Source: Betaproteobacteria bacterium (GTDB taxonomy: Bacteria > Pseudomonadota > Gammaproteobacteria > Burkholderiales > Casimicrobiaceae). From it: a stretch of DNA of 62,847 nt. Below the pieces are notes generated by a model that was not told the DNA's origin, ran no database searches, and worked only from the letters and a program-made list of their open reading frames with translations. The stretch is from contig JBDTZQ010000001.1 in NCBI GenBank assembly GCA_040005035.1, positions 1 through 62,847 on the forward strand, in the 5' to 3' direction. Below are positions 35,765 to 44,255 of the stretch, in pieces. Numbering within the stretch: position 1 is the first letter of the stretch; each line of letters opens with the position of its first letter. The position numbers and the translations under genes were made by a program.

Positions 35765-37252
35765 GTGTACTACCCGCGTTCATTCCTCAAGTTCATCCTG
35801 CTCGGATTCCTGCTGGTCAGTCTGCCGTTGCTCTACGCGCTCGTTGAGCTCATCTTCAGCCTCGACCGGCTCGGAACGCAGGGACAGCAAGCCGTGCTGC
35901 AGGCGTCGCAGGCGGGACGAGCCAGCCGACAACTGTATGAGCAGGCGACGACGCTGGAGCGTCTCGTTCGCCAGCACCTGATTCTCGAGGATCCGCAGCT
36001 CGTCGAGGACTACGCGAGGCTGCGTCAGGACTTTCGCGCGACCGCGCAGCAGTTGCAGCAGCTTCCGCTGGATCGCCCGCAGGCCAAGCAGCTCGAATCG
36101 ATCGTCGACCGCGAGAGCGAGCTCTACGCGGTGCTGCGCTCGCCGCAGCGCCCGGCCAACGGCGGGGCGGTGCTCGCCAGCGGCTACGCCGAGCTCGCCG
36201 AGGGCGCGCAGACGATGCTCACCGCGAGCAGCCGGCTCACCGAGCGCGAGATAGAGCGGCTGCAGGCGACCGCAGCCGAGGGAAGCAAGACGTGGGGCTA
36301 CCTGGCGCTTAGCGCCGGTGCGATCGCGCTGGCGCTGGCGATTCTTTTCTCGGTGCTGATCGCGCGGCCCATTCGCCAGCTCGATCAGGCGATCCGGCGG
36401 ATGGCGACGGCCGATTTCTCGCACGCCATCGAAGTCGACGGCCCGCAGGACATGCGCTACCTGGGACAACGCCTCGAATGGCTGCGCTCGCGGCTGCACG
36501 ACCTCGAGCAGCAGCAGACGAGGTTCCTGCGCCACGTTTCGCACGAGCTCAAGACCCCGCTCACCGCAGTGCGCGAAGGCGTGGAGCTGTTGCGCGATCG
36601 GGTCGGTGGAGCGCTGTCGCCGGAGCAGCAGGAGATCGTGCGCATCGTGCGCGAGAACACGCTGTCGCTGCAGAAGCTCATCGAGGACCTCCTCCAGTAT
36701 CACCAGACGCGCAACATCGAGCCGCAGACGTTGGGCCCGGTGGCGCTGGGCGACGTCGTCCGGCAGGTGCTGCGCGAGCACAAGCTCGCGGCGCTGGCGC
36801 GGCTGGTTTCGTTCGACCAGAGGCTTCGTACCGCCATCGTGGTCGGCGACGTGTCGAAGATCCGCGCCATCGTCGACAACCTGATGTCGAACGCCATCAA
36901 GTACTCGCCGGCCTCCGGTGTCGTGGTGCTCGAGCTCGCCGTGCGCGACGACTACGCAGTGCTCGATGTGATCGACCAGGGCCCGGGCATCGATCCGGTC
37001 GACCGGCCGCATATCTTCGAATCGTTCTATCAGGGTCAGACGCCGCCCGGAGGGCGCATCAAGGGATCGGGACTGGGGCTCGCCATCGCGCAGGAATACG
37101 CGCTGGCGCACGGCGGCCGCGTCGAGCTGGTCGACCGCACCGGCGGCGCGCGCGGCGCGCATTTCCGCGTGTGGCTGCCGGTCGCCGTCGGCGGCGAGCC
37201 GGTGCGCTCGTCGGCTGCGGCGCCGGCCGCGATCGTTGCGGGCGAAGGATGA
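35765..37252 (+). CDS. glrK: sensor histidine kinase, GlrK/QseE-like
   Basis: The N-terminus is MYYPRSFLKFILLGFLLVSLPLL. A second TM helix and HAMP region follow. The H-box is FLRHVSHELKTPLTAV, with HATPase motifs. The gene order kinase-lipoprotein-sigma54 regulator matches E. coli glrK-yfhG-glrR. Confidence 0.85.
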   Translation: MYYPRSFLKFILLGFLLVSLPLLYALVELIFSLDRLGTQGQQAVLQASQAGRASRQLYEQATTLERLVRQHLILEDPQLVEDYARLRQDFRATAQQLQQLPLDRPQAKQLESIVDRESELYAVLRSPQRPANGGAVLASGYAELAEGAQTMLTASSRLTEREIERLQATAAEGSKTWGYLALSAGAIALALAILFSVLIARPIRQLDQAIRRMATADFSHAIEVDGPQDMRYLGQRLEWLRSRLHDLEQQQTRFLRHVSHELKTPLTAVREGVELLRDRVGGALSPEQQEIVRIVRENTLSLQKLIEDLLQYHQTRNIEPQTLGPVALGDVVRQVLREHKLAALARLVSFDQRLRTAIVVGDVSKIRAIVDNLMSNAIKYSPASGVVVLELAVRDDYAVLDVIDQGPGIDPVDRPHIFESFYQGQTPPGGRIKGSGLGLAIAQEYALAHGGRVELVDRTGGARGAHFRVWLPVAVGGEPVRSSAAAPAAIVAGEG

Positions 37253-37809
37253 TGCGGCGGCGCCGATCCGCTCGCACGCTCGCCTCCCTCGCGCTGATCA
37301 TGCTGGCTGGATGCTTGATCGAGCCGCCGGTGCTCGCGCAAGCGCCGCCGCCCGCCGGCGCCGAGACGCAGCCCGTCAGCGAGGAGGAGCAGGCGATGGC
37401 CTTGCTGCTGGACCTGCAGCGCTTCACCCTGGCGTCCGGCGACGAGCTTCGTCGCGAGCTGGCGTCTGCGGGACAAGCCGTCACCCGGGGGCGGACCGAG
37501 GCGAACCGCGTTCGCTTCGCCGTGCTACTGACCATGCCGGCGACAGGAGCGTCCGACGATGCGCGGGCGCTCGCATTGCTCGACTCGGTGGTGAAGGGCG
37601 GCGGCAATTCGCCGGTCAAGCAGCTTGCATCCGTGCTCTACGTCCAGGTGTCGGAGCGAGTGCGCAACGTCGCCGAGGAGCGCCGCAAGACCACGGCGGC
37701 GCAGGAAAAGCTCGACCAGCTGCGCGCCGTCGAACGCAGCCTTCTGCTCGAGCGCAACCGCAACGCCGGTGGCGCCGGCGGCGGCGGAGGGGGAGGAACA
37801 GGACGATGA
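37249..37809 (+). CDS. lipoprotein between kinase and regulator (QseG/YfhG-like position)
   Basis: The N-terminus MMRRRRSARTLASLALIMLAGC contains a lipobox. ATGA overlaps occur at both ends. The C-terminus is a Gly run. Confidence 0.65.
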   Translation: MMRRRRSARTLASLALIMLAGCLIEPPVLAQAPPPAGAETQPVSEEEQAMALLLDLQRFTLASGDELRRELASAGQAVTRGRTEANRVRFAVLLTMPATGASDDARALALLDSVVKGGGNSPVKQLASVLYVQVSERVRNVAEERRKTTAAQEKLDQLRAVERSLLLERNRNAGGAGGGGGGGTGR

Positions 37810-39182
37810 AGCCTACAGTTGCCGCGGGTGCGGATGTCCTCCTCGTCGACGATGATCCGGATCTGCTCAAGCTCATCACGCTCAGGCTCACCTCGGCGGG
37901 GTACCGCGTGCGCACCGCCGACAGCGGCGAGACCGCGCTCGCCGCGCTGGCGGTGGCGCGACCCGCGGCGGTCGTCACCGACCTCAAGATGCCCGGCATC
38001 GACGGGCTGGCGCTGTTCGATGCGATTCATCGCCAGCACCCGACGCTTCCCGTCATTATTCTGACGGCGCACGGCACCATACCCGATGCCGTTTCGGCGA
38101 CGCAGCGAGGCGTTTTCGGGTTCCTCACCAAACCATTCGACAGCCAGGAGCTGCTGCAGAAAGTCGCCTACGCTGTCAGCCTCACCGGCGGCGAGTCGGA
38201 GCCGGCGATGCAGTCGACCGGTGAATGGCGCGCCGGAATCATCACGCGCAGCCCGCGTATGGAGGACTTGCTCCGGCAGGCCAGGCTGGTCGCGGATTCG
38301 GACGCGAGCGTGCTCATCCTCGGCGAATCGGGCACCGGCAAGGAGCTGCTGGCCAGGGCAATCCACCGCGCCAGCCGGCGCTCGGCACAGGCTTTCGTCG
38401 CGGTGAATTGCGGCGCGATGCCGGAGCCGTTGCTGGAATCCGAGCTGTTCGGACACGCGCGCGGGGCGTTCAGCGGCGCCGTCCATGCGCACAAGGGATT
38501 GTTCCAGGCGGCTGATGGTGGCGCGCTGTTCCTCGATGAGATCGGCGACATGCCGCTGGCGCTGCAGGTGAAGCTGCTGCGCGTGCTCCAGGAAGGCGAG
38601 GTTCGTCCGGTGGGCGCGACCGCGTCGGTCCCGGTCGACGTGCGCGTCATCTCGGCGACTCACCGCGATCTGGAGGCGCAACGCGCGGCAGGGGAGTTTC
38701 GCGAGGACCTGTATTACCGACTCAACGTCGTCTCGCTCAAGCTGCCGTCGCTCACCGAGCGGCGGGAGGACATCCCGCTGCTGGCGACGCACTTCCTGCG
38801 CAAGCTCGCCGAGCGCTACAAGAAGCCGCTCTTGACGTTGGCACCGGAGGCGATGTCGCTGCTGGTCGGCGCACCCTGGCCGGGCAACGTGCGCCAGCTT
38901 CTCAATCTGCTCGAGCAGGCGGTAGCACTGACCACCACCAGCGTCATTCCAGCCACGCTGGTCCACGGCGCATTGCGCGAGGACGCCGGCGTCCTGGCTC
39001 CTTTCGAGGAAGCGCGCAAGGAATTCGAGCGCGACTACCTGGTGCGCCTGCTCAAGATCACGGCCGGCAACGTCACGCAGGCGGCAACGCTGGCCAAGCG
39101 CAACCGGACCGAGTTCTACAAGCTCCTGCAGCGCCACCACCTGGAGCCGGCGATGTTCAAGGAAGCCAAGCCCGACGCCTGA
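37806..39182 (+). CDS. glrR: sigma54-dependent response regulator, GlrR/QseF-like
   Basis: The receiver is VLLVDDDPDLLKLITLRLTSAGY...VVTDLKMPGIDG...VIILTAHGTIPDAVSATQRGVFGFLTKPF. The AAA+ motifs are GESGTGKE, GAFSGA and ESELFGH. The C-terminal HTH is GNVTQAATLAKRNRTEFYKLL. Confidence 0.9.
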   Translation: MKPTVAAGADVLLVDDDPDLLKLITLRLTSAGYRVRTADSGETALAALAVARPAAVVTDLKMPGIDGLALFDAIHRQHPTLPVIILTAHGTIPDAVSATQRGVFGFLTKPFDSQELLQKVAYAVSLTGGESEPAMQSTGEWRAGIITRSPRMEDLLRQARLVADSDASVLILGESGTGKELLARAIHRASRRSAQAFVAVNCGAMPEPLLESELFGHARGAFSGAVHAHKGLFQAADGGALFLDEIGDMPLALQVKLLRVLQEGEVRPVGATASVPVDVRVISATHRDLEAQRAAGEFREDLYYRLNVVSLKLPSLTERREDIPLLATHFLRKLAERYKKPLLTLAPEAMSLLVGAPWPGNVRQLLNLLEQAVALTTTSVIPATLVHGALREDAGVLAPFEEARKEFERDYLVRLLKITAGNVTQAATLAKRNRTEFYKLLQRHHLEPAMFKEAKPDA

Positions 39183-39208
39183 GGGCGGCAATACGACGCT
39201 GCACACCA

Positions 39209-39226
39209 TGTCGCTATTCGGCGACA
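39209..39226. promoter_or_regulatory. TGTC-N10-GACA inverted repeat, candidate GlrR-type activator site 1
   Basis: TGTCgctattcggcGACA lies 27 nt after the glrR-like stop and about 190 nt upstream of the sigma54 promoter. Confidence 0.55.
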
Positions 39227-39273
39227 AAAGTACTGCATTTAAATCAGTGGCTTGGATAAGTCTCGCACGTCGC

Positions 39274-39291
39274 TGTCGTGTGGCCGCGACA
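39274..39291. promoter_or_regulatory. TGTC-N10-GACA inverted repeat, candidate GlrR-type activator site 2
   Basis: TGTCgtgtggccgcGACA has the same half-sites and spacing as site 1 and lies 65 bp downstream of it. Confidence 0.55.
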
Positions 39292-39386
39292 GTTTGGCGC
39301 AAGTTGGTGAGCATTTGCCAACCTTCGCGCCGTCGAGCGACTAGAGCGACCAGATAAGCCGCTGAAACAATGCCGGAATCATATTC

Positions 39387-39402
39387 AGGCACGCTCGTTG
39401 CT
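39387..39402 (+). promoter_or_regulatory. sigma54 (-24/-12) promoter
   Basis: aGGCACgctcgTTGCt has GG and GC at the exact spacing of the consensus TGGCAC-N5-TTGC. It lies downstream of two activator-type inverted repeats. Confidence 0.6.
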
Positions 39403-39448
39403 TTAGGTGGTTCATCGAACCCCGAGAACTCATTGCCGCGAGCGCATC

Positions 39449-39610
39449 ATGGAAGACTTCTCACCCGAATTCAGCGCCCTCTGGCGAGCCGAGAAGCCAT
39501 CGGTCGAGCCGGCTGTAAAGGCGCCTTCGGTTGGGGAAACGCCCACCGAACAGGATGCTGCGCTCGAGGAATTGGCGGACAGGATCAACGCGGCGCGCAG
39601 CATCGCCTGA
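39449..39610 (+). CDS. 53-aa acidic hypothetical protein, or the body of a sigma54-dependent small RNA
   Basis: The product would be MEDFSPEFSALWRAEKPSVEPAVKAPSVGETPTEQDAALEELADRINAARSIA. There is no obvious SD. The ATG is about 35 nt after the predicted transcription start. The track start at 39407 lies partly upstream of the predicted transcription start (about 39412), right after the promoter. Confidence 0.35.
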   Translation: MEDFSPEFSALWRAEKPSVEPAVKAPSVGETPTEQDAALEELADRINAARSIA

Positions 39611-39615
39611 CTTCA

Positions 39616-39650
39616 CGACGCCTGCAGGCGGCGTCGGTTTCGTGTTCTTC
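39616..39650 (+). terminator. hairpin plus T-rich tract after the small ORF
   Basis: The stem cgacgcc/ggcgtcg has a 7-nt loop and is followed by gtttcgtgttcttc. Confidence 0.5.
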
Positions 39651-39701
39651 GCCTGCCCCGATCGAAGCCGGGTTGGCGCTTCGTCCACCGGAATCCCCCT
39701 T

Positions 39702-39733
39702 GCCCGCTAATTCCTCCCAGCGGGCTTTTTTTT
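39702..39733 (+). terminator. strong rho-independent terminator
   Basis: The 7-bp stem gcccgct/agcgggc has a 10-nt loop and is followed by T8. Confidence 0.75.
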
Positions 39734-39759
39734 GGCTTGCCTCCCGGTTCCGCCCATCT

Positions 39760-39780
39760 GATAGTTATTAATTAACTATC
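39760..39780. promoter_or_regulatory. AT-rich inverted repeat GATAGTTA-N5-TAACTATC upstream of ahpC (candidate OxyR/LysR-type operator)
   Basis: The 8-bp arms are perfect. Further ATAG/CTAT elements lie at 39783-39786 and 39807-39812. The site is about 100 nt upstream of the ahpC ATG. Confidence 0.4.
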
Positions 39781-39877
39781 GAATAGCAACAATCGATTTG
39801 AATTATCTATAGCCCGGCCTCATCCTCGTCGTCTATCCAGTGCAGCCGCGCTGACCGACACCGAGGGATGGAGTGCA

Positions 39878-40426
39878 ATGAAAACCGTGGGCAATCGCAT
39901 CGAGCCGTTCAAGGTCATGGGCGTCAAGCCCGGATTCAACCAGCCGGAAGAGAAGGGCGTGTCGGCGTTCGAGGAGATCACCGAGAAGTCGTTTCCCGGC
40001 AAGTGGAAGGTCATCTACTTCTACCCGAAGGACTTCACGTTCGTCTGCCCGACCGAGATCGTCGGCTTCGCCAAGCTGCAGAAGGACTTCGACGACCGTG
40101 AGACGGTGCTCCTGGCCGGCTCGACCGACAACGAGTTCGTCAAGCTCGCATGGCGCCGCGAGCACAAGGATCTGGACCGGCTCAACCAGTGGCAGTTCGG
40201 CGACGTCAAGGGCTCGCTCGTCGACCAGCTCGGCGTCCGCGATGCGGTCGAAGGCGTGGCGCTGCGCGCGACCTTCATCGTCGACCCGGACAACGTCATC
40301 CAGCATGTTTCGGTGAACAACCTCAACGTGGGCCGCAATCCCGACGAAGTCCTGCGCGTGCTCGACGGGCTGCAGACCGACGAGCTCTGTCCGTGCAACC
40401 GCAATCTCGGCGGCACCACCCTCTAG
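39878..40426 (+). CDS. ahpC: peroxiredoxin AhpC (AhpD-coupled type)
   Basis: The peroxidatic Cys motif is FYPKDFTFVCPTEI. The sequence also contains LAWRREHKDL. The protein is 182 aa and is followed by ahpD. Confidence 0.9.
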   Translation: MKTVGNRIEPFKVMGVKPGFNQPEEKGVSAFEEITEKSFPGKWKVIYFYPKDFTFVCPTEIVGFAKLQKDFDDRETVLLAGSTDNEFVKLAWRREHKDLDRLNQWQFGDVKGSLVDQLGVRDAVEGVALRATFIVDPDNVIQHVSVNNLNVGRNPDEVLRVLDGLQTDELCPCNRNLGGTTL

Positions 40427-40446
40427 ACCTCAAGGCGGAGCACACC

Positions 40447-40986
40447 ATGGAATTCATCGTCGCGATCAAAGATCGCATCCCGGATTACGCGAAAGACATC
40501 CGGCTCAACCTCGACGCGGTGCTGGCGCGCTCGAGCCTCGAACCTCATCACGCCGCGGGGGCCGCGCTGGCGGCGGCCTTCGCATCGCGCTCGAAGCCGT
40601 TGGTCGACGCGATCCGTGGCGACGCGTCGCTCGACGCCGCGCATGTGCAGGCAGCGCTGACCGCGGCAGCGCTGATGGGGATGAACAACGTCTGGTATCC
40701 GTACGTCGAGATGGCCGCGGACGCCGACTTGAAGACGATGCGCGCGGAGCTGCGCATGAACGCGTATGCGACGCACGGCGGCGTCGACCGTCCCAGCTTC
40801 GAGCTCTATGCGCTGGCGGCGAGCATCGTCGGCAAATGCGAATTCTGCGTGCAGTCGCACTACAAGCTGCTGCGCGAGAGCGGATTGACGACGCAGCAGC
40901 TGAGAGATGTCGGGCGCATCGCGGCGGTGGTGAACGCGGCGGCGCAGGTGATCGCGGCGGAGACCGAGCTCGCCGGCGCGATGTAG
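40447..40986 (+). CDS. ahpD: alkylhydroperoxidase AhpD
   Basis: The N-terminus is IKDRIPDYAKDIRLNL. The CxxC active site is GKCEFCVQSH. This is the 3' part of track ORF 40150..40986. Confidence 0.9.
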   Translation: MEFIVAIKDRIPDYAKDIRLNLDAVLARSSLEPHHAAGAALAAAFASRSKPLVDAIRGDASLDAAHVQAALTAAALMGMNNVWYPYVEMAADADLKTMRAELRMNAYATHGGVDRPSFELYALAASIVGKCEFCVQSHYKLLRESGLTTQQLRDVGRIAAVVNAAAQVIAAETELAGAM

Positions 40987-41005
40987 TCGGGGCTGGAAAC
41001 TTGGG

Positions 41006-41800
41006 CTAGACCGCGACGGGCGCCTTGATCGCGGCGTGGGGCTCGTACCCCACGATCTCGAAGTCCTCGTAGCGGTATTCGAAAAGCGAAGCCGGCCGGC
41101 GCTTGATGCGCAGCGTGGGGAGCGGCATGGGAGCGCGCGCGAGCTGCGTCTCGACCTGGGCGAGGTGATTGAGGTACAGGTGGCAATCGCCGCCGGTCCA
41201 CACGAAGTCGCCGACACCGAGGTCGGTCTGCTGCGCCACCATGTGCGTGAGCAGCGCATACGACGCGATGTTGAACGGCACGCCCAGAAAAATGTCGGCG
41301 CTGCGCTGGTAGAGCTGGCACGAGAGCTTGCCGTCCGCGACGTAGAACTGGAAGAAAGCGTGGCAGGGCGGCAGCTTCATGCGCGGGATGTCGCCGACGT
41401 TCCACGCGGAAACGATCAGGCGTCGCGACGACGGGTTGGCGCGGATATCGGCAAGCACGTTGGAGAGCTGGTCGATGTGCGCGCCGTCCGGCGCCGGCCA
41501 CGAGCGCCACTGGTAGCCGTAGATCGGCCCCAGCTCGCCGTTTTCATCGGCCCACTCGTCCCAGATCGTCACGCCGTTGTCGCGCAGATAGGCGACGTTG
41601 GTGTCACCGGCAAGAAACCACAGCAGCTCGTGGATGATCGAGCGCGTGTGCACCTTCTTTGTAGTAAGCAGCGGAAAGCCTGCGCCCAGGTCGAATCGCA
41701 TCTGATACCCGAACACCGAAAGCGTGCCGGTGCCGGTACGATCGCTCTTGCGGTGACCGTGGTCGCGCACGTGGCGCATGAATTCGAGATAGGTCTGCAT
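41006..41800 (-). CDS. thyA: thymidylate synthase
   Basis: The sequence [38 protein letters not shown]...[11 protein letters not shown]...[15 protein letters not shown] is near-canonical ThyA, 264 aa. Confidence 0.95.
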   Translation of the reverse strand: MQTYLEFMRHVRDHGHRKSDRTGTGTLSVFGYQMRFDLGAGFPLLTTKKVHTRSIIHELLWFLAGDTNVAYLRDNGVTIWDEWADENGELGPIYGYQWRSWPAPDGAHIDQLSNVLADIRANPSSRRLIVSAWNVGDIPRMKLPPCHAFFQFYVADGKLSCQLYQRSADIFLGVPFNIASYALLTHMVAQQTDLGVGDFVWTGGDCHLYLNHLAQVETQLARAPMPLPTLRIKRRPASLFEYRYEDFEIVGYEPHAAIKAPVAV

Positions 41801-41867
41801 GGCGGCAAGGCGCAACGGCGACGATCGGCGATATTGTAGCGGGTCGGCATTGCCGCGCCGAAAGGTC

Positions 41868-41895
41868 TTGACAAAGCGCGGCGGCGGGCTACAAT
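41868..41895 (+). promoter_or_regulatory. sigma70-type promoter (TTGACA-16-TACAAT) for the ArsR-family gene and MFS-acyltransferase gene
   Basis: TTGACA lies at 41868-41873, followed by a 16-nt spacer and TACAAT at 41890-41895. A GACTAGTC palindrome and an AGTCAT direct repeat lie between the -10 and the ATG at 41925. Confidence 0.6.
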
Positions 41896-41924
41896 GACCA
41901 AACTATGCGACTAGTCATATAGTC

Positions 41925-42236
41925 ATGAAAAGGGCTTACGGCCGAGCGCTTCCTGCCGCCTGGCGGCGCATCGCCAGCATCTTCGTCGCGCTCGGCGACT
42001 CGCATCGCCAGCGCATCGTCCTGATGTTCGAGCCCGGCGAGCGGCTCAATGTTGGCGAGATCGTCGCCGCGTCGACGCTGTCGCGATCGGCGGTCGCGCA
42101 TCACCTGCGCGTCCTGCGTGAGGCTGGGGTGCTGCGCAGCGAGAAGGTCGGCAAGGAGGTCTTTTTCTGGACCGACGTGGCCGCCGTTCAACAGGCGCTC
42201 GCGGCAGTGCAGGACTACCTTTCGAGCATGCGATAG
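41925..42236 (+). CDS. ArsR/SmtB-family transcriptional regulator
   Basis: The sequence is FVALGDSHRQRIVLMFEPGERLNVGEIVAASTLSRSAVAHHLRVLREAGVLRSEKVGKEVFF. Confidence 0.75.
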   Translation: MKRAYGRALPAAWRRIASIFVALGDSHRQRIVLMFEPGERLNVGEIVAASTLSRSAVAHHLRVLREAGVLRSEKVGKEVFFWTDVAAVQQALAAVQDYLSSMR

Positions 42237-42263
42237 CGGACCGTGACTAGCCGCGGAGACCGG

Positions 42264-44147
42264 ATGCAGAACGAGCAAAGCCAGTTTCAGCTTCTGCGCG
42301 AGCGTCGCTTCGCGCCGTTCTTCTGGACGCAGTTCCTGGGCGCGGCCAACGACAACATCTACAAGAATGCGCTCGTCATTTTCGTGGCGTTCCAGGCGGC
42401 GACGCTCACGGCATTGTCGTCGAACGACCTGGTCAACGTCGCGGCGGCCGTGTTCATCGCGCCGTTCATGCTGTTCTCGGCGACGGCGGGGCAGCTCGCC
42501 GACAAGTACGAGAAGTCGCGTCTGATCCGCTTCGTCAAGCTGTTCGAGATCGCCATCATGGTCGTCGGTGCCATCGGCTTCTACCGGCGTGACCTGATCC
42601 TGCTGTTCCTGGCGCTCGGCCTGATGGGTGTGCATTCGACGCTGTTCGGGCCGGTGAAGTACGCAATCCTTCCGCAGAACCTGCGCAACGACGAGCTGAT
42701 CGGCGGCAACGGGCTCGTCGAGATGGGCACCTTCGTGGCGATCCTGCTCGGCGAGGTCGTAGGCGGCATCGTGATCGCAATCAAGCCGGACGGCCCGATC
42801 TACGCCGGCGCCGCCGCCATCGCCGTGGCGATCGCGGGCTATCTGGTGTGCAGGCGCATCCCCGAAGCGCCCGCGGTCGCGCCTGAGCTCAAGATCAACT
42901 GGAACCCGTTTACCGAGACCGCGCGCAATCTGCGCCTCGCGCACTCGAACCGTGTGGTATGGCTGTCGATGCTCGGCATCTCGTGGTTCTGGTTCTACGG
43001 CGCGACCTATCTCACCCAGTTCGCCAATTTCACCAAGGACGTGCTCGGCGGTGACGAGCACGTGGCGACGCTGCTCTTAGCGATCTTCTCGGTAGGCATC
43101 GGCGTAGGGTCGCTCATGTGCGAGCGGCTGTCGGGACGCAAGGTCGAGGTCGGGCTGGTGCCGTTCGGCTCGATCGGATTGTCGCTGTTCGCGATCGACC
43201 TGTATTTCGCCAGCCGCGGGATGACTGGCGGAGCCACGACGGGCGCGATGGGCTTTCTCGCGCGCCCCGCCAACTGGCGCGTCGTCGCCGACCTCGTGCT
43301 GCTCGGCATGTTCGGCGGCTTCTACATCGTGCCGCTGTACGCGCTGATCCAGGAGCGCTCGGATCCGGCGTATCGCTCGCGCTTCATCGCCGCGAACAAC
43401 ATCCTGAATGCCATTTTCATGGTCGCCTCGGCGGGTATCGCGCTCGGGTTGCTGAAGATGGGCGTGACCATACCGCAGCTGTTTCTCATCACCGGATTGA
43501 TGAACGCGGTGGTCGCGCTCTACATCTACCTACTCGTCCCCGAGTTCCTGATGCGCTTCCTGGCGTGGATCCTGATCCACACCTTCTACCGCGTCGACAA
43601 GGAAGGACTCGAGCGCATTCCGCGCGAAGGCGCCTGCGTCATCGTATGCAACCACGTTAGTTTCGTCGACGCCGTGGTCATCGCGGCCTGCGTGCCGCGA
43701 CCGATCCGCTTCGTGATGGATCATCGCATTTTTGCGATTCCCCTGATGAACTTCATCTTCAGGACCATGCGCGCGATTGCGATCGCGTCGGAGAAAGAAG
43801 ATCCCGCGATGAAGGCACGCGCCTTCGCGGAAGCCGCGGAGGCGCTGAAGGCGGGCGAGATCGTGTGCATCTTTCCGGAAGGCAAAATCACCGACGACGG
43901 CGAGCTCGGACGTTTCCGTCCGGGATTGCAGCGCATCCTGGAGGACGCGCCGGTGACGGTGGTGCCGATGGCGCTGCGCGGATTGTGGGGAAGCTTTTTC
44001 AGCCGCGCCGGCGGCAAGGCCATGCGACGCGTACGCGGCATCTTCTCGCGCATCGCGCTGGTGGTGGGCACGCCCGTGGCGCCGCAGGCCGCGACGCCGG
44101 AGTTGCTGCAGAAGGAAGTGCTCGCGCTGCGCGGCGAGCGCCGGTAG
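42264..44147 (+). CDS. MFS lysophospholipid-transporter-like domain fused to a PlsC-type acyltransferase domain (LplT-Aas-like)
   Basis: GGAGA lies before ATG 42264. The N-terminal MFS region has 12 TM helices. The C-terminal acyltransferase carries the HX4D motif (CNHVSFVD) and FPEGKIT. Confidence 0.85.
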   Translation: MQNEQSQFQLLRERRFAPFFWTQFLGAANDNIYKNALVIFVAFQAATLTALSSNDLVNVAAAVFIAPFMLFSATAGQLADKYEKSRLIRFVKLFEIAIMVVGAIGFYRRDLILLFLALGLMGVHSTLFGPVKYAILPQNLRNDELIGGNGLVEMGTFVAILLGEVVGGIVIAIKPDGPIYAGAAAIAVAIAGYLVCRRIPEAPAVAPELKINWNPFTETARNLRLAHSNRVVWLSMLGISWFWFYGATYLTQFANFTKDVLGGDEHVATLLLAIFSVGIGVGSLMCERLSGRKVEVGLVPFGSIGLSLFAIDLYFASRGMTGGATTGAMGFLARPANWRVVADLVLLGMFGGFYIVPLYALIQERSDPAYRSRFIAANNILNAIFMVASAGIALGLLKMGVTIPQLFLITGLMNAVVALYIYLLVPEFLMRFLAWILIHTFYRVDKEGLERIPREGACVIVCNHVSFVDAVVIAACVPRPIRFVMDHRIFAIPLMNFIFRTMRAIAIASEKEDPAMKARAFAEAAEALKAGEIVCIFPEGKITDDGELGRFRPGLQRILEDAPVTVVPMALRGLWGSFFSRAGGKAMRRVRGIFSRIALVVGTPVAPQAATPELLQKEVLALRGERR

Positions 44148-44255
44148 CAGTTGCACGAAACCGCGCGGATCGGCCGAGTGTCGTATGGCGCGGCGCGCGG
44201 GGCTCGGCGATAGTTGGTGGGGATCTCATTCACGCGTTCGAACAGGGAGACGGGC

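Noticed and set aside
39304-39319. Second sigma54-like element, TTGGTGAGCATTTGCC.
   Set aside because: The GG-to-GC spacing is one nt short of the consensus, and the -24 hexamer is poor (TGGTGA). The element at 39387-39402 fits exactly, so only that one is reported.
35144-41800. folA and thyA separated by about 5.3 kb containing glrK-glrR and ahpCD, considered as an insertion into a folate gene pair.
   Set aside because: folA and thyA are not universally adjacent. The intervening DNA has the same high GC as the flanks and no mobility signatures. No evidence of insertion can be drawn from the sequence alone.
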